Shown: positions 1 to 9,276, counted from the stretch's first letter. The stretch is 64,000 bases of DNA from Roseateles sp. (GCF_039595295.1 NZ_JBCNLU010000023.1:2665-66664), one strand, 5' to 3'. Made by a program: numbers and translations. The notes: generated by a model not told the origin, from the sequence alone.

Positions 1-965
1 GCCATGAAGAGGTCGTGGATGTCCTGCCGTGCGACCACGACGCCCAGCGGCTGCACGCCGTTGGTGATCTGCTTGGCCGCCGTCAGGATGTCCGGCGTCA
101 CGCCGAAGGCCTCGGCGCCGGTCCACGCGCCGGTGCGGCCGAAGCCGGTGATGACCTCGTCGAAGATCAGCAGGATGTCGTGGGCGGTGCAGATCTCGCG
201 CAGCCGCTGCAGATAGCCCACCGGCGGGATGACCACGCCGGCTGAACCGGAGAAGGGCTCGACGATCACCGCGGCGATGTTGCTCGCGTCGTGCAGCGCG
301 ATCAGTTGCAGCAGTTCATCCGCCAACGACGCGCCGTGCGGGCCGTCGGCCGGCGGCATGCCCTTGTGGAAGCTGCCGTTGGGCGGCTGCGTGTGGGGCA
401 GGTGATCCGCCTCCACCGCCTGACCGAAGGTCTTGCGGTTGCCGACGATGCCGCCCACCGAGATCCCGCCGAAGTTGACCCCGTGATAGCCCTTCGCGCG
501 GCCGATGAGGCGGGTCTTGCTCGCCTGGCCGCGTGCGCGCCAGTAGGCCCGCGCCATCTTGAGCGCCGTGTCCGCCGACTCCGAGCCCGAGCCGGTGAAG
601 AACACGCGGTTGAGCCCGGCGGGCATCTTCTCGACCAGCCGGTTGGCCAGCGCGAAGGACAGCGGATGGCCGAACTGGAAGGCCGGCGAGTAGTCCAGCG
701 TCGCGACCTGTTTGCTGACCGCCTCGACGATCTCCTGGCGCGCATGGCCCAGGCCGCTGCACCACAGGCCGGACAGGCCGTCGAAGAGACGCTTGCCGTC
801 CTGCATCGTGTAGTAGCAGCCCTCGGCGGCGGTGATCAGGCGCGGATCGGCCTTGAACTGGCGGTTGCCGGTGAAGGGCATCCAGTGGGCGTCCATCCAG
901 CCCGCGCCGGTCTCGCGCGGCGAGTTGGACAGATGGGGATTCGGCGAGGTCGGGTTTTCCGTCAT
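1..965 (-). CDS. omega-amino acid:pyruvate (class III) aminotransferase, 3' end runs off the window
   Basis: Translated by hand on the minus strand from the ATG at 965 (absent from the ORF track because it has no stop in the window): MDAHWMPFTGNRQF...DGLSGLWC...FTGSGSESADTA...LLIFDEVITGFGR...DILTAAKQ. These are class III aminotransferase motifs including the PLP Lys. Confidence 0.9.
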   Translation of the reverse strand, partial: MTENPTSPNPHLSNSPRETGAGWMDAHWMPFTGNRQFKADPRLITAAEGCYYTMQDGKRLFDGLSGLWCSGLGHARQEIVEAVSKQVATLDYSPAFQFGHPLSFALANRLVEKMPAGLNRVFFTGSGSESADTALKMARAYWRARGQASKTRLIGRAKGYHGVNFGGISVGGIVGNRKTFGQAVEADHLPHTQPPNGSFHKGMPPADGPHGASLADELLQLIALHDASNIAAVIVEPFSGSAGVVIPPVGYLQRLREICTAHDILLIFDEVITGFGRTGAWTGAEAFGVTPDILTAAKQITNGVQPLGVVVARQDIHDLFM

Positions 966-1080
966 GGCGCGTCCTGATGAGAGAGGTCGAGAGCGGATCC
1001 GAGGATCGAAATCGACCGCCATCTTGCCAGCGCCGTCACTTGCGGCAGATGATCGCGAATCAATGTCCACTTGCCAGCGC

Positions 1081-2010
1081 ATGAAACCAAGCAATCCCCA
1101 TCTTCCTGGCCAGATCGCGGATGTCGACCTGCGGTTGCTGCGCGTCTTCAAGTCGGTCGTCGAGTGCGGCGGCATGGCGGCCGCCGAGCTGGAGCTCAAC
1201 GTCGGCATGCCCACCATCAGCCGGCAGATCAAGGATCTGGAGGAGCGCCTCGGGCTGGTGCTGTGCCGCCGGGGTCGCGCCGGCTTCGCGCTGACGGCCG
1301 AGGGCGGCGAGCTGTATGCGGCCGCGCTGCAATTGCTGTCGGCCACTACGGACTTCCGCTCGCGCGTGGAGGAGATCCACGATCGCATCGGCGGCGAGCT
1401 CCATCTGGCGGTCTTCGAGAAGACGGTCAGCAATCCCGCCAGCCGCATCAGCCAGGCGCTGGAGCGCTTCCATCGCGCGGCGCCGGCTGTGAGCCTGAAC
1501 ATCCACGTCAGCGGCATCGAGGCCATCGAGCAAGGCGTGCTCAGCGGCCAGTTCCAGCTGGGCATCGTGCCCGAGCACCGGCAGTCGGCCAGCCTCGCCT
1601 ATCAGCGCCTGTTCTCGGAGCCGATGCAGCTCTACGCGGCGCCGGGGCATCCTTGGTTCGCGTCGACCGAGCGCTGGAGCTGGGCCGACCTGCGCCGTCA
1701 GCCGCTGGCCGCGCTGGGCTACCAGTCGCCCAACATGCGGCTGGCGCATCGCAAGCAGCTGGTGCGCCAGGCCACGGCCTCGGACCAGGAAGGCGTGGCG
1801 ATGCTGATCCTCACCGGCTGCTTCGTCGGCTTCCTGCCCGGCCATTACGCGCAGCCCTTCGTCGACGAGGGGCGGTTGAGCGCGGTCTCGCCCGGCTTGC
1901 TCGGCTACCAGTGCGAGTTCGTGCGTCTGCATCGCAACGATCCGTCGCCGTCGCGCGCGGCGAGGATGCTGATCGAGATGCTCGACGAGGCGCATGCCCA
2001 GGAGAATTGA
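1081..2010 (+). CDS. LysR-family regulator divergent from the aminotransferase (BauR-like arrangement)
   Basis: HTH DLRLLRVFKSVVECGGMAAAELELNVGMPTISRQIKDLE followed by a substrate-binding domain. The start could be 1063 or 1081. Confidence 0.9.
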   Translation: MKPSNPHLPGQIADVDLRLLRVFKSVVECGGMAAAELELNVGMPTISRQIKDLEERLGLVLCRRGRAGFALTAEGGELYAAALQLLSATTDFRSRVEEIHDRIGGELHLAVFEKTVSNPASRISQALERFHRAAPAVSLNIHVSGIEAIEQGVLSGQFQLGIVPEHRQSASLAYQRLFSEPMQLYAAPGHPWFASTERWSWADLRRQPLAALGYQSPNMRLAHRKQLVRQATASDQEGVAMLILTGCFVGFLPGHYAQPFVDEGRLSAVSPGLLGYQCEFVRLHRNDPSPSRAARMLIEMLDEAHAQEN

Positions 2011-2034
2011 ATGACCCGCCCACAAGGATCGTCC

Positions 2035-2655
2035 ATGACCCTCCGACCTTTGCTGGCCTCGACGGCCTTGCCGACCTTGATCGCCCTCGCGTCGCTGACG
2101 GCGCTCACGGCGCTGGCGGCGCTGCCCTCACTCGCTCATGCCGAACCCGACATCCGCGTCGGCTTCTCGCCCGAGGGCTCGGCGCGGCAGCTGGTGCTGG
2201 TGACGATCGGGAGCGCCCAGCGCAGCATCCAGATCCTGGCCTATGCCTTCCAGGCGCCAGACATCATGCAGGCGCTGGTCGACGCGAAGCAGCGTGGGGT
2301 CGAGGTGCGCGTGGTCGTCGACAAGAAGCGCAACCAGAACAAGACCAGCCGCAAGGCGATGGACTTCGTGGCCCGACACGGTGTAGAGCTCCGCACCAAC
2401 GACCATTTCCACATCCACCACGACAAGACCGTCATCGTCGACGGGGAAACTGTCGAGACGGGCTCATTCAACTTCGCGCCGTCGGCGGAGACGCTCAATT
2501 CCGAGAACGTCGTCGTCATCCGCAACGCGCCCGAGGTCGCGCGCCAGTACCTCGCGCACTGGCAGTCGCGATGGAACCTCGGGCAGCCGTATGCTCCGGC
2601 CCCGACCGATTCGCCGAATCAGAAGCAAGACAGCAAGCCCAGGGAGAAGCCATGA
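2035..2655 (+). CDS. Secreted Nuc-type phospholipase D-family endonuclease (single HKD motif)
   Basis: Signal peptide ending AHA; VGFSPEG, AYAF, HIHHDKTVIVDG...GSFNF..NSENVV; AAGGA RBS upstream. Confidence 0.85.
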   Translation: MTLRPLLASTALPTLIALASLTALTALAALPSLAHAEPDIRVGFSPEGSARQLVLVTIGSAQRSIQILAYAFQAPDIMQALVDAKQRGVEVRVVVDKKRNQNKTSRKAMDFVARHGVELRTNDHFHIHHDKTVIVDGETVETGSFNFAPSAETLNSENVVVIRNAPEVARQYLAHWQSRWNLGQPYAPAPTDSPNQKQDSKPREKP

Positions 2656-2849
2656 ATCCTCGCCTCAAACGCGCCGCCACGGCCGCCCTCTTCGCCGCGA
2701 TGGCCGTCGCCGTCGGTCCGGCCTCCGCCGACTTCGATCCGAAGCGCTGCTATGAGAAGTGCATGGAGAAAGAGAAGGACCGCGAGAAGTGCGAATACGT
2801 CTGCGACTACAAGGGTTTGAGCCGGTGCGCCGACAGTCTCGCGCGCTGA
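2652..2849 (+). CDS. Small secreted cysteine-rich peptide (65 aa, CxxxC-x9-CxxxC)
   Basis: AGGGAG RBS; the ATG overlaps the nuclease TGA (ATGA); signal peptide MNPRLKRAATAALFAAMAVAVGPASA; mature DFDPKRCYEKCMEKEKDREKCEYVCDYK...; G/C-ending codons. Confidence 0.75.
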   Translation: MNPRLKRAATAALFAAMAVAVGPASADFDPKRCYEKCMEKEKDREKCEYVCDYKGLSRCADSLAR

Positions 2850-4282
2850 TCGCCGCGCTCGCGATCGCCGCGCTGAGCGGCTGCTCGACTTACCGACCCT
2901 GGCTGAATGCCGGCCTGCCGCCGAGCGCCGACGGCACGCCCCCTGCGGCGCCTGTCGCACCGCGCCGTCCCTCGGGGCCGGTCGTTGCGGCGGTGACCTT
3001 GTCGGGGGGCGGCGCGCGTGCCGCCGCCTTCGGCCTGGGCGTGCTGCGCGAGCTCAAGGCAACGACCTTCACCATCGACGGCCAGCCCACGACCTTGCTG
3101 GACCAGGTCAATCTGGTGAGCGGCGTGTCCGGCGGCAGCATCCTGGCGGCGCATTACGCGGCCTTCGGCGACGAGACGCTGACCCGCTTCGAGCCCGACT
3201 TCCTGATGCTGCCCTTCGAGGCCGGCCTGATCCGCCAGGCCTTCGCGCCGGCGCGGCTCTATCACCTGACCTCGCCCTGGTACGGCCGCAGCCACATCCT
3301 GGCGCAGCGGCTGGACGAGCTCTATCAGGGCCGCACCTTCGCCGACCTGCGCGCGCGTCCGAACGCGCCCGACCTGATGGTCACCGCGACCGACCTGACC
3401 ACCGGCACGCCCTTCGACTTCACGCCCGAGCAGTTCGGCCTGATCTGCTCGGACCTGGACCGAACGCCGCTGTCCTTCGCGGTCGCGGCCTCGTCGGCGG
3501 TGCCCATCCTGCTGTCGCCGATGACGCTGCAGAACCACGCCGGCGAATGCGCGCCCGGTCCGGCGCCGCGCCCCTCGCCCAGCACCGGCGACGACTACCG
3601 CACCCGATTGCTGGCGCTCAGCGCGCAGAGCTACCGCGACGCCAAGGAGCGTCCCTTCATCCATCTGGTCGACGGCGGCGTCTCCGACAACACCGGCGCG
3701 CGGCTGCTGCTGGACCGGCTGCTGGCGGGCGGATCGATCGCGACCTCCTTCAAGGACGCGCCGCCCGGATCGATCCGTCGCATGGTGCTGATCACGGTGA
3801 ACTCCGAGCGCGATCTGGCCGAGCGCATCGACGCGAGCGACAAGGTGCCCACCACCGGCCAGGTGATCGAGACGCTCATCTTCGGCGCGGGCGCGCGCGA
3901 GACCCAGGTCACGCTGGCGATGCTCAGCGACGACCAGCGCCGCTGGCAGGAAGAGCTGATGCGCACGCGCGGCACGCCGGGCAGTCCCTTCGCGGCCGAT
4001 GCGGAACTGCAGATCGTCAGCGTCAGCCTGCACGACGTGCCGGACGACAAGATCCGCCACAGCCTGCTGCGCGTGCCAACCGCGTTCACGATCGAAGCGC
4101 TGGACGTGCGCGAGCTGCAGAAGGCCGGCGCGGAGGCGCTGCGCTCGTCGGCGGCGTTCCGGAAGGTGAAGGAGGGGCTCGCCCGGTTGGGCGAGCCAAC
4201 GCTCACCCCACCTGCGGCTGATACCGCTCCAGCCAATGCGCATACGGCGCCGGCAGCACCCAGGTCGGGCGCTCCTTCTTGA
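2825..4282 (+). CDS. Patatin-like phospholipase, lipoprotein
   Basis: Lipobox LSGC; SGGGARAAAF, GVSGG nucleophile and DGG motifs; GTG start at 2825 inferred. Confidence 0.85.
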   Translation: MRRQSRALIAALAIAALSGCSTYRPWLNAGLPPSADGTPPAAPVAPRRPSGPVVAAVTLSGGGARAAAFGLGVLRELKATTFTIDGQPTTLLDQVNLVSGVSGGSILAAHYAAFGDETLTRFEPDFLMLPFEAGLIRQAFAPARLYHLTSPWYGRSHILAQRLDELYQGRTFADLRARPNAPDLMVTATDLTTGTPFDFTPEQFGLICSDLDRTPLSFAVAASSAVPILLSPMTLQNHAGECAPGPAPRPSPSTGDDYRTRLLALSAQSYRDAKERPFIHLVDGGVSDNTGARLLLDRLLAGGSIATSFKDAPPGSIRRMVLITVNSERDLAERIDASDKVPTTGQVIETLIFGAGARETQVTLAMLSDDQRRWQEELMRTRGTPGSPFAADAELQIVSVSLHDVPDDKIRHSLLRVPTAFTIEALDVRELQKAGAEALRSSAAFRKVKEGLARLGEPTLTPPAADTAPANAHTAPAAPRSGAPS

Positions 4283-5306
4283 GCTCCTGCGCGGCCTGAT
4301 ACGGCCAGTGCGGATTCGCGAGCAGCGCCCGGCCGATCATGACCAGATCCAGCTGACCGTCCGCGACTGCGCGCTCCGCCAACTGCGCCGTGTGGAAGCC
4401 CCACGCCGACGCGACCGGCAGGCCGGCTTCCTCGCGCACGCGCTTGGCGATCGGGCCCAGGAAGGCCGGGCCCCACGGCACCTTCGCGTCCGGCGTCGAG
4501 AAGCCCACGCTCACGCTCAGCAGGTCCAGACCTTCGGCCTTCATCGCGCGGGTCAGGCCGATGGCCTCGGCCAGTGTTTCTTCATCGCGGCCGTCGTACT
4601 CGATCACGCCGAAACGGGCCGTCAGCGGCAGATGCTCCGGCCAGACCTTGCGAACCGCGCGCAGCGTCTCCAGCAGGAAGCGGCCGCGGTTCTCTGCGTT
4701 GCCGCCGAATTCGTCGTCACGCTGATTGGCGTGGACCGAGAAGAAGCTCTGCGCCAGATAGCCGTGCGCGAAGTGCAGCTCCAGCCAGCGGAAGCCGGCA
4801 TCGCGCGCACGCTGAGCGGCGGCGACGAAGTCGGCTTGCACGCGGGCGATGTCGTCCTTGTCCATCGCCTTGGGCACTTGCGGCAGGCCCTTGCCGAAAG
4901 CGACCGCCGACGGCGACAGCGTCGCCCAGCCGCGCGGGTCGCCGGCGGCGATGTGGTCGTCGCCTTCCCAGGGCTTGTGGGCGCTGGCCTTGCGGCCGGC
5001 ATGCGCGATCTGGATGCCGGGCACTGCGCCATGCGCCGAGATCGCGGCCGCGATGCGCGCCAAGCCGGCGGCCTGCTCATCGTTCCACAAGCCCAGGCAG
5101 GCCGGCGTGATGCGGCCTTCCGGCGCGACGCCGGTGGCCTCGACGATCACCAGCCCCGCGCCGCCGCGCGCCAGCCCGGCGTAATGCGCCAGATGCCAGT
5201 CGTTGACCAGGCCGTCGGTGGCGCTGTACTGGCACATCGGCGGCACGGCGATGCGGTTGCGCAGCACCACATCCTTGAGGGAGAACGAAGAGAAGAGTTG
5301 GGACAT
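4203..5306 (-). CDS. NADH:flavin oxidoreductase / old yellow enzyme
   Basis: LRNRIAVPPMCQYSA, GIQIAHAGRKAS, ELHFAHGYL, N.R.DEFGG..ENRGRF. Confidence 0.92.
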   Translation of the reverse strand: MSQLFSSFSLKDVVLRNRIAVPPMCQYSATDGLVNDWHLAHYAGLARGGAGLVIVEATGVAPEGRITPACLGLWNDEQAAGLARIAAAISAHGAVPGIQIAHAGRKASAHKPWEGDDHIAAGDPRGWATLSPSAVAFGKGLPQVPKAMDKDDIARVQADFVAAAQRARDAGFRWLELHFAHGYLAQSFFSVHANQRDDEFGGNAENRGRFLLETLRAVRKVWPEHLPLTARFGVIEYDGRDEETLAEAIGLTRAMKAEGLDLLSVSVGFSTPDAKVPWGPAFLGPIAKRVREEAGLPVASAWGFHTAQLAERAVADGQLDLVMIGRALLANPHWPYQAAQELKKERPTWVLPAPYAHWLERYQPQVG

Positions 5307-5426
5307 CGAGGACTTTCGGAGAGGGGAGGCGGTCGCGCCGCACAGCGATCGGCGACCGCGCGCAGGCCGGAAAGACCTGCGGAAGCGGCAGTCTAAAAAC
5401 TCACGTCCATAATGAAAAGTCATGCG

Positions 5427-5447
5427 CTCTTATTGCGTCGATAAGAG
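5427..5447. promoter_or_regulatory. Putative LysR recognition site between the OYE and lysR genes
   Basis: Inverted repeat CTCTTAT-N7-ATAAGAG containing T-N11-A, in the divergent intergenic region. Confidence 0.6.
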
Positions 5448-5471
5448 TTGCTTATGTTTTCAGGACTCCCC

Positions 5472-6371
5472 ATGCTGAATCCCCAATGGCTCCGCAGCTT
5501 CGCGACGCTCGCCCGGCTGGGCAGCTTCACCCGTGCGGCCGAGGCGCTGGACCTGACGCAGGCGGCGGTCAGCCAGCATGTGCGCCATCTGGAGAGCACG
5601 CTGGGATCGCTGGTGATCCGGCGTCCGCGCGCGATCGAGCTCACACCTGCCGGCCAAGCCACGTTGGACTATTGGCGCGAGCTGGACGAGGCCGATCAAC
5701 GCTTGCGCGGCCGGCTCGCCGACGAGAACGCCTGCCAAGGCGAGGTCGGCATCATCACGCCGGGCGGCATCGGGCTGCTGATCTATCCGCAACTGCTGGA
5801 CTTGCAGGCGCAGCGGCCGGGCCTGGTGGTGCGGCATCGCTTCGCGCCGGATCCCGAGGTGCTGCAGGCGGTGCTGGACAACCGCTATGAGCTCGGCCTG
5901 GTGACGCTGCGCCCGGACGACGCGCGGCTCGCGAGCTGCGCGTTCCTGGAGGAACGGCTGGAGCTGGTGATGCCGGCGGGCGAGGAGGTCCGGACCTGGG
6001 AGGACCTGCGCCGCATCGGCTTCATCGACTATCCCGACGGCCAGTCCATGGCCAATCGCCTGCTGAGCCGGCACTTCCCGGGCTCGCCAGGCGTGAAGGA
6101 CCTGCCGGTGCGCGGCTTCAGCAACCAGATCGGCCTGATGCTGGAGCCGGTCGCGCGCGGGCTGGGCTTCACCGTGCTGACGCAGCATGCGCGGCGTGCG
6201 TTCCCTCGGCAGGACGAGATCCGCGTGCTCGATTGCGGCTCGCCGGTGGTGGACACGCTGTGGCTGATCCATCGCGCCGAATGGCCGCTGTCCGCGCGCG
6301 CTCAGCATGTGGTCGAGCATCTGCGCGGGACGGTGGGGGCGATGGCGCCGAGCTTGCCGCAGTTGCTCTAA
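5472..6371 (+). CDS. LysR-family transcriptional regulator
   Basis: MLNPQWLRSFATLARLGSFTRAAEALDLTQAAVSQHVRHLE; CAGGA RBS. Confidence 0.92.
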   Translation: MLNPQWLRSFATLARLGSFTRAAEALDLTQAAVSQHVRHLESTLGSLVIRRPRAIELTPAGQATLDYWRELDEADQRLRGRLADENACQGEVGIITPGGIGLLIYPQLLDLQAQRPGLVVRHRFAPDPEVLQAVLDNRYELGLVTLRPDDARLASCAFLEERLELVMPAGEEVRTWEDLRRIGFIDYPDGQSMANRLLSRHFPGSPGVKDLPVRGFSNQIGLMLEPVARGLGFTVLTQHARRAFPRQDEIRVLDCGSPVVDTLWLIHRAEWPLSARAQHVVEHLRGTVGAMAPSLPQLL

Positions 6372-6760
6372 TCCTCCGTCCTCCCCAAGCCCTCGCGATC
6401 GCGCTCATAGCGATGCGCGAGCGGGAAGGGCGGCAGCCAGGACTCGCGCCGTATCGTCCAGAGCTCGTAGGTCGGCGTGAATTGGTCCGGCGCATCGAGC
6501 GCGCCCAGCGAGACCTCCACCTCATCCCCGCTGCGCGAGAACACCGACGAGCCGCAACGCGGGCAGAAGTGCCGGCCGGCGTAGTGGTGCGTCTCACCGT
6601 CGATCCGGACCGCCTCTTGCGGATAAATCGCCGACGCATGAAAGAGCGCCCCATGATGCTTGCGGCAATCGAGGCAGTGGCAGAGGCCGACACGATAGGG
6701 ACGCCCCTTCGCGACGAGCCGCACCTCTCCGCAAAGACAGCCTGCGCTGATCCGGTCCAT
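6368..6760 (-). CDS. GFA (glutathione-dependent formaldehyde-activating / CENP-V) family protein
   Basis: GCLCGEVR, CHCLDCRK and HFCPRCGS zinc motifs. Confidence 0.9.
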   Translation of the reverse strand: MDRISAGCLCGEVRLVAKGRPYRVGLCHCLDCRKHHGALFHASAIYPQEAVRIDGETHHYAGRHFCPRCGSSVFSRSGDEVEVSLGALDAPDQFTPTYELWTIRRESWLPPFPLAHRYERDREGLGRTED

Positions 6761-6848
6761 GAGTCTCTCCTTGGGCCAAAGCGGCACCCGGCTCGCACGC
6801 TCGGCGAGCCGATGCCGAGTGGAAACTAGCGCGCGCAGCGGCGTAGCG

Positions 6849-7619
6849 TCAATCCACGCGGAACGACACACCCGTGATGAACAGCGTGTCGCCCTTCTTC
6901 AGGCCCGGTCCCGGATCGCTGTCGTAGCGATGCGAGACGGTGGCCGTCAGACTCAGCCGTTTGGTCATCGCCACCGACACGCCGCCGTCGAAGACGGCGC
7001 GGTACTCGCCGCTGTTGCGCAGATTCGGCAGCACCGACAGCTTCTGCTTCAGCGTCGTGCTGTCGCTGATCTTGTGCGTCGATTCCTCGGCGATCAGCAG
7101 TTCGGTGTTGTTGTAGCGGCTGCGAGAGACGCCGTCCTTGATCTCCGGTGCGAGGTAGCGCTCGGCCGTGTAGCCCAGACCGCCGGAGACGTCGAAGGTC
7201 AGGTCGTCGCGCTTGATGACGTGGTAGCCCAGACCGCCGCCGACCGAGTAGCGCGAGGACAGATTCGCCGGCTCGTCGCGCAACGCGTCGAACTGGCCGA
7301 AACCGAAGATGCGCTCGTTGAGGTCGCGTTGGTAATGCGCGCCCGCCGAGTAGCGCTGCTCGGATTCCGAGTCGTCGTTCTTGACGTACAGCGCCCGCGC
7401 GTTCATCGAGAGCTTGTCGGTCTCGCTGGCCTTCACCGTTTCGCCGCTGAGGTTGACCGTCGTCGAGTTGCTGTTGCCGGAGGAGAGGCTCGCGCCCGCC
7501 GTCAACAGCGAGCGCCATTGCCCATCCGGCTTGACCGTCACCTGCGCCTGGCTGGCGAGCGGCAGAAGGGAGATTGCGCAGAGGCAGGCGGAAGCGATGT
7601 GCTGACGCGTCGGCGGCAT
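6849..7619 (-). CDS. DUF481/YdiY-like outer-membrane beta-barrel protein
   Basis: Signal peptide ending SQA; SGNSNSTT; amphipathic strands; C-terminal LFITGVSFRVD. Confidence 0.8.
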   Translation of the reverse strand: MPPTRQHIASACLCAISLLPLASQAQVTVKPDGQWRSLLTAGASLSSGNSNSTTVNLSGETVKASETDKLSMNARALYVKNDDSESEQRYSAGAHYQRDLNERIFGFGQFDALRDEPANLSSRYSVGGGLGYHVIKRDDLTFDVSGGLGYTAERYLAPEIKDGVSRSRYNNTELLIAEESTHKISDSTTLKQKLSVLPNLRNSGEYRAVFDGGVSVAMTKRLSLTATVSHRYDSDPGPGLKKGDTLFITGVSFRVD

Positions 7620-8137
7620 GGCGGAAGTCCTTTGGGGGAGTTGAATGACGCCGGCCTGCGGCAAGTGCCGCTCCCACGCGGTAACGAGTCGTTGACGCCA
7701 GGTGTTGCGAGGCGCGCGGCGCCTGCAACTGCTGCGCGTGCGCGACCTCGATGCGTTGCAGCGCCGTCGCGGAGTCGAGCCGGCTGCGCCACCGCGACGG
7801 TGAGCCCCTCGCGTAGCACCTGCTGCTCTTCGGTACGTTGTCCGAGGTTGCGATGCGCAAGCGAGATGGAGGGGTAGATGTCAACCCAGGGCATGACCGC
7901 GTCCAGCACGGCCTCGATCTGCTCGGAGCGCCACAGCTCGCCGCACAGGTCGGTCAAGTGCCAGGCGAGCTCCACGCCGAAGTCGCCGGGCTCGCCGGCG
8001 ATGACCTGCTCGAACAGCGCCATCGTCGGCGCGAGCCGGTCCTGGGCGCTGCAGGGCTCGTCGGCGTAGGCGCGCGTCTCGGCGGCCAGCCAGGACCTGC
8101 AGGCAACGGCATCAAGGACGGGCGGTAAGGGCCTCAC
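7538..8137 (-). CDS. Hypothetical protein directly downstream of soxR; 3' end uncertain
   Basis: GGAGG 7 nt before the GTG at 8137; the first ~115 aa look helical and protein-like; the tail overlaps the DUF481 gene. Confidence 0.45.
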   Translation of the reverse strand: MRPLPPVLDAVACRSWLAAETRAYADEPCSAQDRLAPTMALFEQVIAGEPGDFGVELAWHLTDLCGELWRSEQIEAVLDAVMPWVDIYPSISLAHRNLGQRTEEQQVLREGLTVAVAQPARLRDGAATHRGRARAAVAGAARLATPGVNDSLPRGSGTCRRPASFNSPKGLPPCRRRVSTSLPPASAQSPFCRSPARRR

Positions 8138-8173
8138 GGTCACGCCTCCAACGACGGACCATCATGCGCAGCG

Positions 8174-8617
8174 TCATTCGAAGTGCGGCCCTGGGCCTTC
8201 CCCTGAGAGCCGGTCCCCGTCGTTGCGCAAGGGACAGGCTTTCAGCGACAGGCAACCGCAGCCGATGCAGCGGTCCATCTGGGTGCGCAGTCGGGTCAGG
8301 GTGCGGATGCGCTCGTCCAGCGATTCGGCCCAGGCCGAGGACAGGCGCTTCCAGTCCGCCTTCGTGGGCTCGCGTCCGTCGGGGAGAACGGCGAGCGCGT
8401 CGGCGATCTCGCCCAGGGCGATGCCCATGCGTTGCGCGACCTTGATGACGGCCAGGCGCCGCAGCACCGAGCGCGGATAGCGGCGCTGGTTGCCGGCGTT
8501 GCGCTCGCTGCGGATCAGGCCGCGTTGCTCGTAGAAATGCAGCGTGGAGACGGCCAGGCCGCTGCGGGAGGCGATCTCGCCGACGCCGAGGCGGTCGTCC
8601 TTGCGGGCCAGGTTCAT
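8174..8617 (-). CDS. soxR: Redox-sensitive transcriptional activator SoxR (MerR family)
   Basis: [18 protein letters not shown]...RNAGNQRRY; [2Fe-2S] motif [14 protein letters not shown]. Confidence 0.95.
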   Translation of the reverse strand: MNLARKDDRLGVGEIASRSGLAVSTLHFYEQRGLIRSERNAGNQRRYPRSVLRRLAVIKVAQRMGIALGEIADALAVLPDGREPTKADWKRLSSAWAESLDERIRTLTRLRTQMDRCIGCGCLSLKACPLRNDGDRLSGEGPGPHFE

Positions 8618-8634
8618 GGATCGAGGGTCATGTC

Positions 8635-8665
8635 TTGACCTCAAGTGAAGTTGAGGTTGGATAGT
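8635..8665 (+). promoter_or_regulatory. SoxR-activated sigma70 promoter with SoxR box
   Basis: -35 TTGACC, 19-bp spacer, -10-like GATAGT. CCTCAAGTGAAGTTGAGG (8639-8656) matches the known SoxR dyad CCTCAAGTTAACTTGAGG at 16 of 18 positions. Confidence 0.85.
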
Positions 8666-8686
8666 AGGCGGATTTTCAGCAACGAC

Positions 8687-9097
8687 ATGACCGCCATGCT
8701 CCGATTCACGAATCCCGCCGGGCTCTATGACCCGGCACCGAATGGCTACTCGCATGTGGCGACCGTCGACGGGCCGGCACGGCTGGTCTTCGTCGCCGGG
8801 CAAGGCGGGGAGGATGCCCAGGGGCGGCTGGCCGAGGACTTCGGCGCCCAGGTGGATCAGGCGCTGGAGAACCTGCAGATCGCGCTGGCGGCAGCGGGGG
8901 CGCGGGTGAGGGATGTCGTCAAGCTGACGGTGCTCGTCGTCGATCACTCGGAGGCCAGGCTGTTCCTGCTCGGCGAGGCGATCAAGGCGCTTTGGGGGGA
9001 ACATCCGACGCCGGCTTGCACCTTGATTCCGGTGCCGAGGCTGGCGCTGGATGGGATGCTGTTTGAGATTGAGGCGACGGCGGCAGTGGCTGCATAG
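8687..9097 (+). CDS. RidA/YjgF/YER057c/UK114-family protein
   Basis: [29 protein letters not shown]...DVVKLTV, P.CTLI.V.RLA...LFEIEA. Confidence 0.88.
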   Translation: MTAMLRFTNPAGLYDPAPNGYSHVATVDGPARLVFVAGQGGEDAQGRLAEDFGAQVDQALENLQIALAAAGARVRDVVKLTVLVVDHSEARLFLLGEAIKALWGEHPTPACTLIPVPRLALDGMLFEIEATAAVAA

Positions 9098-9141
9098 CGC
9101 GGAGCTCCGGTGCGCTCTGGGCTGCGACGGCCCTCACCCCA

Positions 9142-9173
9142 ACCGGCGGATCGACCGGCGGATCGACCGGCGG
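9142..9173. repeat. 12-bp tandem repeat ACCGGCGGATCG, 2.7 copies
   Basis: Read directly from the sequence. Confidence 0.7.
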
Positions 9174-9276
9174 CGCGCCTGCGACGTATCGGCGTGTAGC
9201 AAGGGCGTCGGGCAATCGCACGACCTGCGCGAGGCTCGCGCCAGTCCCGGTCCCGGCGCGACCGAAACGGTCGGAC

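Noticed and set aside
832-1080. N-terminal extension of the LysR ORF, and similar ORF-track extensions at 2759, 5423, 9004, 16524, 49101, 51802, 57601 and 59972
   Set aside because: They overlap neighbouring genes or promoters, and the recognisable domains and RBSs start later.
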